Shown: piece by piece, positions 9,393-18,298 of the stretch
Numbering within the stretch: the stretch's first letter is position 1
How the letters are laid out: every line of letters begins with the position of its first letter
DNA from: an uncultured Syntrophorhabdus sp.
Lineage (GTDB): Bacteria > Desulfobacterota > BSN033 > UBA1163
Direction: 5' to 3'
Length of the DNA stretch: 40,620 nucleotides
Assembly: GCA_964638215.1 (NCBI GenBank)
Contig: CAZXBI010000002.1
Coordinates: forward strand, 1 to 40,620
Program-made: the position numbers and the translations under genes
The notes under the pieces: generated by a model
The model's database searches: none
Seen by the model: the letters and a program-made list of their open reading frames with translations, nothing else
What the model was told of the DNA's origin: nothing

Positions 9393-9562
9393 ATAACACC
9401 CTTAAAGTAGGGATGACGTGAAAGGTGTTCAAGGGGATGGTGAGATGATGACGATTCCTTCTCACCCGTTTCACTTTCTTCAGTTTTTCGATTTGGAAGA
9501 AGGAGAGGGCTCCCTTTTCAAATATGAGATGGTACTCGTTAGATGGAGGAGGATTTAAGAGT

Positions 9563-10489
9563 ATGAAAGTGGAGGATGTGAAAAAAATAACCGTCATTGG
9601 AGGCGGCGGCTCCATGGGCCATGGTATCATTTTGGCCTGTATTCAGGGGGGGAGCTATCACGTAACATTGTTATCCAGGAGAAATGAGTCCTGTCAACAC
9701 GGTCTGAATCTGATTAAAGATGGGCCATTCGGGTTAAACAAGGCAGTTAAACGCGACAAAATCACACAGGATCAAGCTGATGAGATGCTATCCCGGGTGA
9801 GCGTCACGACCGACTATGCCCTGGGGCTAAAGGATACCGATCTGGTCTTCGAATCCCTACCAGAAGAGATAGATATCAAGATGAATTGTTTTCAAGAGTT
9901 GGAAAAATATGCACCTGAACATTGTGTCATCGCCACAGGAACCTCTGCCATTTTAATTAGTGAACTGGCAGGCTCGTTAAAAAAGAGAGAAAAGAATCTG
10001 GTGGGAACTCACTGGTTCTTCCCATCGAATGTAATGAAGCTGGTGGAGGTTGGACGAAGCGAATTGACCAGTGGTGATACTTTCAAGTTCATCATAGATT
10101 TTTTGGTCAAAATCGGTAAAAGTCCGATCGCCGTTAATGATTCTCCGGGTTTTTTCATGACCCGATTTATTAACACCTATATTACCGAGGCCATCCGTTT
10201 GGTCGAACTGGGCATTGTGGGCATTTCAGAGATTGACGAAATGTGTAAAACGGGCAGTCGGTGGCCCATGGGCGTATTTGAGCTACTCGATGAAACAGCC
10301 TCTTTTGATGCTTACTATCACGCCCAGTGCTACCTTTATGAAACTCTGGGTGAACGCTACCAGATTCCTGCCTTGGCACGCAAGGTATTCAAGGCAGGTT
10401 ATCTTGGCAATCCACAACTGAAACCAGGTTCAAAGGGTGGGTGGTATGATTTTTTTGGTGTGGAAAAAAAATACTTAAAAAAGAAATAA
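9563..10489 (+). CDS. 3-hydroxyacyl-CoA dehydrogenase (Hbd-like, NAD-binding)
   Basis: Rossmann motif ITVIGGGGSMGHGI. HWFFPSNVMKLVEV and PGFFMTRF motifs typical of 3-hydroxybutyryl-CoA dehydrogenases. The ORF is open from 9524; ATG 9563 follows GGAGGA (9546-9551). Confidence 0.85.
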   Translation: MKVEDVKKITVIGGGGSMGHGIILACIQGGSYHVTLLSRRNESCQHGLNLIKDGPFGLNKAVKRDKITQDQADEMLSRVSVTTDYALGLKDTDLVFESLPEEIDIKMNCFQELEKYAPEHCVIATGTSAILISELAGSLKKREKNLVGTHWFFPSNVMKLVEVGRSELTSGDTFKFIIDFLVKIGKSPIAVNDSPGFFMTRFINTYITEAIRLVELGIVGISEIDEMCKTGSRWPMGVFELLDETASFDAYYHAQCYLYETLGERYQIPALARKVFKAGYLGNPQLKPGSKGGWYDFFGVEKKYLKKK

Positions 10490-10621
10490 ATTGAGTCGTG
10501 TTATCCAGGAAAAACATCAACATGGGGGTTGAATCTTCGGAGACCGAGGGAAAGCAACCGCCCAATCATTCTACTCTGATGAGAGGCAATGAATTTTAAG
10601 GAAGTGTGAGAGGGGAGAAGA

Positions 10622-11917
10622 ATGTCGGAAGGCAATTTTTATCATCAAGCGAACGAGACGATGACGGCGAAACAAAGAGCCTCCTACCTCAACACGAAAT
10701 TGAAGTGGATAGCTCAGTATGCTTATGACCATTCTCCAGCGATGAAAGAGATTATGGACAATGCTGGTGTGAAGCCTTCTCAAATTCGCACCACTCAGGA
10801 TTTGGAGAAGATTCCCATCACCATGAGAGATCATCTCATCGGTTACCAAAAGAAGGCTCCCCCTTTTGGTGGATTTTTAGGAATACCTCTCCATGAACTT
10901 GGACGGATGTTTATCCATGCGGGTCCAGCCAATGTTGCCGTGCCACTTCCGAATTTAGGTTCAGCAAAAAAGTATTGGGAGCGCTGGGCTGAGACCATGT
11001 ATGGGTTGGGGGTGAGAAGAGGAGACATTGCCATCGTCACCCTGAGCTTCCATTGGGTGGGAGCCGGGCAAATGTGCAGCGAGGCAGTCAATTCAGTGGG
11101 GGCGGTAACGATACCGTCAGGACCTGGAAACCTTGAACTTCAGGTGAAGACGATGATTGACAATGGGGTCACGGTCTATTTTGGAACGCCTACCTTTCTT
11201 TATGACATTGCCAATAAGGCAAAAGAGTTAGGTTATAATTTTCCCAAAGATTTTTTCCTAAGGCTTTGTCTATTTACAACGGAAAGAATATCTGCGTCGC
11301 TCAGAGAGATTTACGAAAAGGGATATGGAATTGATGTCCGGGGTCTTTACAGTACGAATGAGACCGGAGGGCTCGCCTACGAGTGTCCGGCGAAAAATGG
11401 CATGCATGTTCCTCATAATGTCATCATCGAAATCGTCAATCCTGAAACAGGGAAGCAGGTCGGTCCAGGTGAAGTCGGGCAAATCGTGGTCACTCTCCTC
11501 GATACTTATCAGCCCATACTGAGACTCGGTACCCCGGACCTTTCCTTATATACAGCTGAACCCTGCGCCTGTGGTAGAACTTCACCTCGAATCCTTGGGG
11601 TGGTGGGCAAAATCGGTGACGCCATTAAAATAAGGACCATGTTCTGCCATCATTATCAAGTGAACGAGGTGGTCTCGAAGATTCCGCAGATTGCCAAGTA
11701 TCAAATTGTTGTCTCTCATGGGGCGAACTATAGGGATGATATGACTTTTAAAGTCGAACTGGTCCAGGAGGACGTGGATAAAGAACAGGTATCTCAAGTC
11801 CTTAAGAAGAACATGAAGGAAGTATGTAAACTCACAGTGGATAAGGTGGAGTTCCTTCCTCAGGGGGTTTTTCCGGAGAAATACGAATGGGTCGTAGACA
11901 CTCGAACCTATGAGTAG
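10622..11917 (+). CDS. PaaK-like (phenylacetate-CoA ligase / F390 synthetase family) adenylate-forming ligase, copy 1
   Basis: 431 aa. N-terminal architecture (LKWIAQYAYDHSPAMKEIMDNAGVKPSQIRTTQDLEKIPIT) and overall size fit the PaaK family. The phosphate-binding loop is degenerate compared with copy 2. Confidence 0.7.
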   Translation: MSEGNFYHQANETMTAKQRASYLNTKLKWIAQYAYDHSPAMKEIMDNAGVKPSQIRTTQDLEKIPITMRDHLIGYQKKAPPFGGFLGIPLHELGRMFIHAGPANVAVPLPNLGSAKKYWERWAETMYGLGVRRGDIAIVTLSFHWVGAGQMCSEAVNSVGAVTIPSGPGNLELQVKTMIDNGVTVYFGTPTFLYDIANKAKELGYNFPKDFFLRLCLFTTERISASLREIYEKGYGIDVRGLYSTNETGGLAYECPAKNGMHVPHNVIIEIVNPETGKQVGPGEVGQIVVTLLDTYQPILRLGTPDLSLYTAEPCACGRTSPRILGVVGKIGDAIKIRTMFCHHYQVNEVVSKIPQIAKYQIVVSHGANYRDDMTFKVELVQEDVDKEQVSQVLKKNMKEVCKLTVDKVEFLPQGVFPEKYEWVVDTRTYE

Positions 11918-11980
11918 GATTTATGAGATTATGTTTTCAAGGTGATAAATCCGCCGAATAAAGAGGATAGAGAAGTTTTT

Positions 11981-13369
11981 ATGTCACAGAAAGTTTGGAA
12001 TGAAAAAGCAGAGACCATGCCAAGGGAGAAGATGGAGGGGCTCAGGTTTGAGAAGTTAAAGAGACAGCTAAAGCGTAGCTATCAGAAGTCGTTATTTTAC
12101 AGGAGAAAATTTGATGAAATAAAAGTTCGACCAGAAGATATTAGGACCTGGGAAGACTTCAGGCGGCTTCCCATCTTTATGACCAAAGAGGATGAGAGGG
12201 AAAGTGAGGCTGAATCGAGGGAGAAGACGGGATATTCCTTTGGGATGCATTGTTTGGTTCCTCCACAGAAGGTGATGATTGTCAGAACGACTTCTGGGAC
12301 GACTGGCACGCCTACCTTTGGTTATTCCTATACGAAGCGCGACTATGAAAGATTCAAGGAATGCCTTGCCAGGGTCTATTGGTTAGCCTCTTTGAGGCCA
12401 GGGGATAGAGTCCTCAATTGTTTTCCCGCATTAGGAGGGATACACAGCAGCGGAGGCCTGTGGAGTGGAGTCCTCCTCCGGATGGGGATTGTTCCTTTGG
12501 AGGTGGGTGCTGAGGCTGGGCCGGAAAGGGCATTGCAATTTGCGATGTTAACAAAGCCTACCGCCCTGTTCGGTTCTCCTTCCTTTGCACAGTCACTCAT
12601 TGAGATATCACCGAAGGTCATAGGAAAGGAAATAAGAGATTTGGGGATTAGAAAGTTGTTGCTCAGCGGCGAACCAGGGATTGAAATGCCAGTAATAAGA
12701 AGGAGGATTGAAGAAGACTTCGGTGGTAAATGGTATGTGTGGTGGGCATTATACGGAGAGGCCTGCGCCGCCTCCTGTCTCGAGGAGGAATACCAAGGGA
12801 TGCACGAAGTGGCTCCTGAATTTAGCATCCATGCCGAGGATATTGTCGATCCGGTGACCCAAGAACCCGTGAAAGTGGAAGAGGGTGCTATCGGTGAAAC
12901 CGTCTTGACGGCGTTAGATCGCGAAGGTTTGTCCTTTATCAAGTATGCAACCGGAGACGTGATTCAACTTTTTACAAAACCTTGCCCATGTGGCTATCCA
13001 GGTCCAGGCTTCCGATTTAAGATGGTAGGCAGAGTTGAAGATATGCTTATTGTAGAAGGTAAGAGGGTATTTCCTATAAGCCTAAGGCAGGTGATCAGTT
13101 CATTTTCACCGAGGCTGACAGGGGCTATGCGAATCGTCCTCTTCGAAAAGCCACCCGAAATCAATCCCCCGATGAGGATGAAAGTGGAACATGGATCAGG
13201 GATAGAGAAGAAGGATCTGACGAACTTGAAAAGGGAAGTAGAGGCGAAAATTCAGATGACCTGTGGCGTCATGCCCGAGATCGAGCTTGTGCCACCGGAA
13301 TCTTTAGGCAGAAGTGTCTGGAAAACGTCTATGTTTGAAAGGAAATACGAAGGAGAAGAAGACAAATAG
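11981..13369 (+). CDS. PaaK-like adenylate-forming CoA ligase, copy 2
   Basis: TSGTTGTPTF P-loop. N-terminus FEKLKRQLKRSYQKSLFYRRKFDEIKVRPEDIRTWEDFRRLPIFMTKED is typical of PaaK. The ORF is open from GTG 11942; the first ATG is at 11981. Confidence 0.8.
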   Translation: MSQKVWNEKAETMPREKMEGLRFEKLKRQLKRSYQKSLFYRRKFDEIKVRPEDIRTWEDFRRLPIFMTKEDERESEAESREKTGYSFGMHCLVPPQKVMIVRTTSGTTGTPTFGYSYTKRDYERFKECLARVYWLASLRPGDRVLNCFPALGGIHSSGGLWSGVLLRMGIVPLEVGAEAGPERALQFAMLTKPTALFGSPSFAQSLIEISPKVIGKEIRDLGIRKLLLSGEPGIEMPVIRRRIEEDFGGKWYVWWALYGEACAASCLEEEYQGMHEVAPEFSIHAEDIVDPVTQEPVKVEEGAIGETVLTALDREGLSFIKYATGDVIQLFTKPCPCGYPGPGFRFKMVGRVEDMLIVEGKRVFPISLRQVISSFSPRLTGAMRIVLFEKPPEINPPMRMKVEHGSGIEKKDLTNLKREVEAKIQMTCGVMPEIELVPPESLGRSVWKTSMFERKYEGEEDK

Positions 13370-13487
13370 CGAACAAAGATGCTCGAAGAGCCAGCCCGCG
13401 GTCCTTCCGCCTTTAGAGTCGTTCGGTGTCATGGCGAGAAGCCGTTACGAGAACCTTTGATGACTGGAAGAGATACCAATTTTTTTC

Positions 13488-13516
13488 TTGACGGAATAGA
13501 TCATTCGATATATATA
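13488..13516 (+). promoter_or_regulatory. putative promoter of the TetR-headed operon with operator-like dyad
   Basis: TTGACG (13488-13493), 17-nt spacer, TATATA (13511-13516). The spacer holds CGGAATAGATCATTCG (13492-13507). Its reverse complement CGAATGATCTATTCCG resembles CCGAATGATTATTCGG at 1837-1852. Confidence 0.4.
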
Positions 13517-13550
13517 TATCAAATTGCTAACAAGTATTGGGTAATATAAA

Positions 13551-14186
13551 TTGAAAAATCCAGTTCATATCAAGCAATCGGAAATCAAGAACAAGGACCT
13601 GGTAGAGAAACGCCGTTTCCAGATTTGTAAGGCGGCTGAGAAGCTGTTCTCAAAAAAGGGATACCATCGAACATCGGTGAAGGAGATTGCAAAGGCCTCA
13701 GGAATAAGCATTGGCTCCCTCTACGATTACATCAAGAATAAGGAGGATATTTTATACTTTTTCTATGAGCGATATGCTCAAGACCTTGAACGCCGGATAA
13801 AACAATCGACTCAAGGCACTCAGGACCCCATCGAGGAGCTTCGGGCCGCCTTTTTAGCCTTCATGGATACGGTCGATCTATTTCAGGAATATGTCTTATT
13901 TTTTTTCCAAGAATCGAAATATATGAAGAAAAGGGATTTGATCAACATCTTCAAATTGGAACTCTACAGCATGGATTTCTTCATCAATATTGTCAAAAAA
14001 GGGAATAATAAATATTTCTCAGTAAAGGACCCCTTTCTCTTTGGAGTATTCCTCAGTTTACTCACCTGCGGATGGGCTCTTAAAAGGTGGAATTTGAAAA
14101 AATATAAGCTCAAGGATTACAAAGAATTTCTGATCGATTTTTGTTTCAATGGTATCCGGGTTCAAAAAGAAGTGGGCAAAGGATAA
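13551..14186 (+). CDS. TetR/AcrR family transcriptional regulator
   Basis: 211 aa. N-terminal HTH signature AAEKLFSKKGYHRTSVKEIAKASGISIGSLYDYIKNKEDIL. TTG start as given by the ORF track. Confidence 0.85.
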   Translation: MKNPVHIKQSEIKNKDLVEKRRFQICKAAEKLFSKKGYHRTSVKEIAKASGISIGSLYDYIKNKEDILYFFYERYAQDLERRIKQSTQGTQDPIEELRAAFLAFMDTVDLFQEYVLFFFQESKYMKKRDLINIFKLELYSMDFFINIVKKGNNKYFSVKDPFLFGVFLSLLTCGWALKRWNLKKYKLKDYKEFLIDFCFNGIRVQKEVGKG

Positions 14187-14256
14187 AAATAGAAATTATT
14201 TTTTTAATTTATTTACAAACGAACGCTCACTAAATATTTTCAAAAAGGAAAATCAT

Positions 14257-15300
14257 TTGGTCGAAAAAAAGGAAAAAAGAAAAAATATTGAAGATCTCAT
14301 TGACCGGCTTCTGACTGGGGAACATGCAGCAGCGGCCAGAATCATCACCTTACTGGAGAATGAGAGAGGAACCCAAGAGACCATCGAACTAATGGAACGC
14401 ATCTTTCCACATACTGGCAAAGCATGGTTAATTGGCATCACGGGTGCTCCAGGAGTAGGCAAGAGTACATTGGTGGATCGCCTCATCGGCCTCATCCGGG
14501 AGGAGGGGTTGTCGGTGGGCGTGATCGGGGTGGACGCGTCGAGCCCCTTCAGTGGAGGCGCCCTGCTGGGCGACCGGATTCGGATGACCTCATGCCAAGG
14601 GGATAATGGGGTGTTCATTCGGAGTATGGCCACCAGGGGGCATCTGGGAGGATTGGCGCTTGCCACACAGGGTGCTATCCGTGTTCTCGATGCGATGGGA
14701 ATGAACGTGGTCCTCGTTGAGACGGTCGGGGTTGGACAGATTGAGTTGGATATCATGCAGACCGTCGATTCTGTCGTCCTGGTCCTAGTTCCTCGAGCTG
14801 GGGATAGGATTCAGGCAATGAAGGCAGGAATCATGGAGATCGCTGATATCTTTGTTGTGAACAAAAGTGACACCGAAGGTGCTGATGCGATGGTGCAGGA
14901 TATCAGGACGGTCCAGGAGATGAGCAAAGTTGGAGGGATGGGTGAACAGGAAGCTTGGATTCCCCCGATCTTGAAGACCGTCGCCACCGCAATCAATACT
15001 CGCGATCTTAACCCACTCTGGGAGGCCATTCGATCCCACCGGCAATTTCTGGTCAGCCATGAAAAACTGCAGGAAAAGAGGGAGAATCAGGATTATCACG
15101 AAATTGTACGGATATTAACCGAGGAGGTGGAAGGGGGGTGTTGGAAGTTACTTCGGGGTAACAGGGAGCTTCAACCGCTTCTGGAAAAGATGTCGAAGAG
15201 AGAGATGGGTCCTTTCCAGGTATCCAGCTTCATTCTATCCAATTTCTACATACCCAAATGGGGTGTCATCGCCATGAAAGGAAAAGGGAGAAAGACATGA
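14257..15300 (+). CDS. meaB: MeaB/ArgK-type G-protein chaperone for B12 mutases
   Basis: P-loop GAPGVGKST, VDASSPFSGGALLGDRIRM, ETVGVGQ and NKSD motifs. The ORF is open from 14149 but that overlaps the TetR gene. The in-frame TTG at 14257 follows AAAGGAA (14244-14250). Confidence 0.85.
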   Translation: MVEKKEKRKNIEDLIDRLLTGEHAAAARIITLLENERGTQETIELMERIFPHTGKAWLIGITGAPGVGKSTLVDRLIGLIREEGLSVGVIGVDASSPFSGGALLGDRIRMTSCQGDNGVFIRSMATRGHLGGLALATQGAIRVLDAMGMNVVLVETVGVGQIELDIMQTVDSVVLVLVPRAGDRIQAMKAGIMEIADIFVVNKSDTEGADAMVQDIRTVQEMSKVGGMGEQEAWIPPILKTVATAINTRDLNPLWEAIRSHRQFLVSHEKLQEKRENQDYHEIVRILTEEVEGGCWKLLRGNRELQPLLEKMSKREMGPFQVSSFILSNFYIPKWGVIAMKGKGRKT

Positions 15301-16085
15301 ACTATGAGACAGTCCTATTAAACAAAGCAGGCTCCATCCTTCATATCAAGTTAAACCGTCCCGAATCTTTAAATTCGATTAGCCTCAAAATGGCCGAAGA
15401 ATTAAACCAAATCGTCGAAGAGGTAAATCGGGATGAAGAAGTGAAGGCCGTTGTCCTTTCTGGTGAGGGAAGAGCTTTCTGCTCAGGGGGAGATATATCC
15501 TTTCTTCAAGTCATTTCTAAAATGACTGCCTCAGAAGTGAGAAGTTTTGTCTACGATGTGCAGAGAAAGCTCGGAAGTATTGCTTACATCGAAAAACCTG
15601 TCATCGCATCTATTCATGGGTTTGCCCTTGGAGCCGGGCTCAGCTTGGCTCTCCTTTGCGATATCCGTATTGCAACAGAAAATACCCTTTTGGGCATGGA
15701 GTTTATCAAGATCGGAATCATTCCTGAACTGGGGGCAAAGCATTTTCTTCCACATCTTGTAGGGGTAGGGAAAGGGTTGGAATTGGCAATGACAGGAGAC
15801 CGAATCAATGGAAAAGAGGCAGAGAGGATCGGGCTGATCAATCGGGCTGTCCCTGAAGATCAACTGGGACCTGTTACTTTAGAGCTGGCAAAGAAGATCT
15901 CAAACTTAGCGCCCATTGCTGTTCAATTGGTAAAGAGATCCTTCAAGGGAGATTTTCTACGGGACCTTGATGCCGCTTTCGAATATGAGGCAGATTTGAA
16001 CTCCATCTGTTATCTCACTGAGGATTTTCGAGAAGCGGCTCAGGCCTTTATGGAAAAGAGGAAACCAGTATTTAAGGGAAGATAG
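15297..16085 (+). CDS. crotonase-fold protein (enoyl-CoA hydratase/isomerase superfamily), copy 1
   Basis: The ATG overlaps the meaB stop (ATGA, 15297-15300). Motifs AFCSGGD and IHGFALGAGLSLALLCD. At the position of the first catalytic Glu of hydratases the sequence reads S. Confidence 0.85.
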   Translation: MNYETVLLNKAGSILHIKLNRPESLNSISLKMAEELNQIVEEVNRDEEVKAVVLSGEGRAFCSGGDISFLQVISKMTASEVRSFVYDVQRKLGSIAYIEKPVIASIHGFALGAGLSLALLCDIRIATENTLLGMEFIKIGIIPELGAKHFLPHLVGVGKGLELAMTGDRINGKEAERIGLINRAVPEDQLGPVTLELAKKISNLAPIAVQLVKRSFKGDFLRDLDAAFEYEADLNSICYLTEDFREAAQAFMEKRKPVFKGR

Positions 16086-16105
16086 AGAATAAAAGGAGGT
16101 GGATT

Positions 16106-16504
16106 ATGGACAAACTATCTGTTGAAGCCATGAACCTTTTCAACAGTGCCGGAGCGTCTAAGGTCGTGGCGACGATCGACTCTTTGGGGTCGCTCAATGT
16201 CGTTCCCAAGGGCTCATTGAGTGCAATTGATGAGAAGACACTGATCTATGCTGAGATTTCAGGGGGAAAGACCGAGACCAACTTGAAGCCAGGGAATCGG
16301 GTGGCTGCTCTGGCATTTACAGCCTCTCCTCTTAACGGGTATCAGGCTAAGGGAAGATTCGAGGGATTTCAAACTAATGGTCCCCTCTTCGAAAAAGTGG
16401 GCAAAAAGGTGAAGGAGATGATCCATGTGGATATCCGAAGTGTGGGGGTGATCAAGATAGAAGAGATCTATTCAGTATCCCCAAACTTCCTCCCGAAGAG
16501 ATGA
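16106..16504 (+). CDS. PNPOx-like / FMN-binding split-barrel protein (tentative)
   Basis: 132 aa. AAGGAGG Shine-Dalgarno at 16093-16099. The pattern ...VVATIDSLGSLNVVPKGSLSAIDEKTLIYAEISGGKT.NL..N.RVA resembles pyridoxamine-5-phosphate-oxidase-related small proteins. No cofactor motif verifiable by eye. Confidence 0.45.
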   Translation: MDKLSVEAMNLFNSAGASKVVATIDSLGSLNVVPKGSLSAIDEKTLIYAEISGGKTETNLKPGNRVAALAFTASPLNGYQAKGRFEGFQTNGPLFEKVGKKVKEMIHVDIRSVGVIKIEEIYSVSPNFLPKR

Positions 16505-16577
16505 AATACTGGCACAATCGAAGGCCTTACAGCATGTTTACCTTACAAAAACGGGCAAAGCAAGGAGGAGGATAAAG

Positions 16578-18281
16578 ATGTTTGACAAAAAAACGTTAGA
16601 AGAAGCAAAAAAGCTTTCGCAGGAATGGCAGGGTATATGTGAAAAACGCTATCCTGGTAAGGATTTTAGCTCGACCACCAATTCAGGGATACCCATCAAA
16701 CCCGTCTATACTCCAGTAGATGTGGAGCATATTGATTATGGAAAAGACATTGGATTGCCGGGCATTTATCCTTACATGAGAGATAACTATGCCATTCATT
16801 ATCAATTCCAGCCCTGGATCAACCAACAGACCCATGGATATGGGTTACCAGAACACACCAGGGAGAGAATGGATTTACTCGCCAAAGCAGGAATGAAGGG
16901 GTATTTTGGCGGCCGGGCATACAATCTGGTATGGGATTTGCCCTCTTATTCGGGTATCGATCCAGATGAGCCCGAAGCGATAGGCTATATTGGCAAAGAT
17001 GGGGTGAGTTGTGTGACCGATGAGGATTTTGACCGGATGCTCCATGACTTAGACTTAACCAAAACAAATGTAGTGATGATTAATTCGGATACCCTTCCTA
17101 TTTTTGCCCATTTCATTGCTTATGCAGACCAAAAAGGAGTTCCCAGAAATAAGCTACGCGGCAACACGATGAACTGGCAGTTTACGGCCTGGTGGCTTCC
17201 AAGCATGTTATGGGAGCCTGAGGGTGGACTGAAACTGGCTACAGACCTAATTCATTTTTGCTGTCGAGAAATGCCCGATTGGAATCACACCAATTTCGAG
17301 TGCCATGCTATTTCAGAAATGGGTGCCAATGCGGTGCAACAGATGGCTTTTGGCATTGCGACCGCCATAGCTGTTGCCGATTCGTGTGTCAAGGCCGGAA
17401 TCGATCCAGATGCATTCATGCCAGGAATGGGATTCCAAATTGCAAATTGTAACGACTTTTTTGAATATGTCTGTATGTTTCGGGCTTGGAGAAGATTATG
17501 GGCGAGAATCGCTCATGAAAGATATGGGTGCAAAAAACCTTCCTCCATGCATCTCAGGGTTCATACCCATACTTCCTGTTATGAGCTAACGAAGCAACAA
17601 CCTCTGGTGAATCTCATTCGGACAACACTTCATGCCTTAGGGGCAGTCTTCTCTGGAACGACCGCCATGGAATTGCCGGGATATGATGAACCGATTGGTA
17701 TCCCCACTGAGAAAGCCGCGATTCTTTCGCTGAGAATTCAGCAGGTCATTTTGGAAGAAACAGGTATTACCAAAGTAACCGATCCACTATCTGGCTCTTA
17801 CTACATAGAATCGCTTACCAATAAGATTGAAGAAGAAGGTAAAAAGATCCTCAAACAGATTGAAGATATAGGTGGCTTCATGAAGGCCCTGAAGGGTGGA
17901 TGGCTTATTTCCCAGTGTCGTGAGAATGCGGTTAGATGGCGTCGCCAGGTGGATAGTGGAGAAAGAGTGGTGATCGGCTGGAACAAGTTTGCTGTGGAGG
18001 AAGAAGAGGAAGTCAAACCGTTTCGTGTCGATCCAGAGGTAGCGCGAGTTGCCATCGAACGAATCAAGAAATATAAAGCGAACCGTGATCAGGCGAAAAC
18101 AGAAAAGGCTTTGAGCAATCTGGTTTCTGCGGCAGAGAGGTTAGACAAAGGAGAATACGGGGTGGTCATGCCGGCAGCGATCGAAGCAGCTAAAGCCAGG
18201 GCGACTTGCGGAGAAATTTCAAAAGCGCTGGGAAAAGTCTTTAAATGGGGACCGAATTTTAGTCCGCTCATGTCATACTAA
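16578..18281 (+). CDS. methylmalonyl-CoA-mutase-family large (substrate-binding TIM barrel) subunit, divergent (mutase 1)
   Basis: 567 aa, colinear with MCM alpha chains: ...GIPIKPVYTP...GLPGIYPYMR..., FRAWRRLWARI, VHTHTSCYELT, LIRTTLHALGAVFSGT, DPLSGSYYIESLT. AAGGAGGAGG Shine-Dalgarno. Confidence 0.85.
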   Translation: MFDKKTLEEAKKLSQEWQGICEKRYPGKDFSSTTNSGIPIKPVYTPVDVEHIDYGKDIGLPGIYPYMRDNYAIHYQFQPWINQQTHGYGLPEHTRERMDLLAKAGMKGYFGGRAYNLVWDLPSYSGIDPDEPEAIGYIGKDGVSCVTDEDFDRMLHDLDLTKTNVVMINSDTLPIFAHFIAYADQKGVPRNKLRGNTMNWQFTAWWLPSMLWEPEGGLKLATDLIHFCCREMPDWNHTNFECHAISEMGANAVQQMAFGIATAIAVADSCVKAGIDPDAFMPGMGFQIANCNDFFEYVCMFRAWRRLWARIAHERYGCKKPSSMHLRVHTHTSCYELTKQQPLVNLIRTTLHALGAVFSGTTAMELPGYDEPIGIPTEKAAILSLRIQQVILEETGITKVTDPLSGSYYIESLTNKIEEEGKKILKQIEDIGGFMKALKGGWLISQCRENAVRWRRQVDSGERVVIGWNKFAVEEEEEVKPFRVDPEVARVAIERIKKYKANRDQAKTEKALSNLVSAAERLDKGEYGVVMPAAIEAAKARATCGEISKALGKVFKWGPNFSPLMSY

Positions 18282-18298
18282 AAAGGAAATAGGGGGTA

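Noticed and set aside
12376-12942. 188-aa minus-strand ORF inside PaaK-like copy 2.
   Set aside because: It is antisense to a CDS with clear adenylation motifs and has Ser/Pro-rich shadow-ORF composition.
14253-14756. 167-aa minus-strand ORF and 14424..14606(+) ORF inside meaB.
   Set aside because: They overlap the P-loop-containing MeaB frame. Their Arg/Pro/Ser-rich sequences have no motifs.
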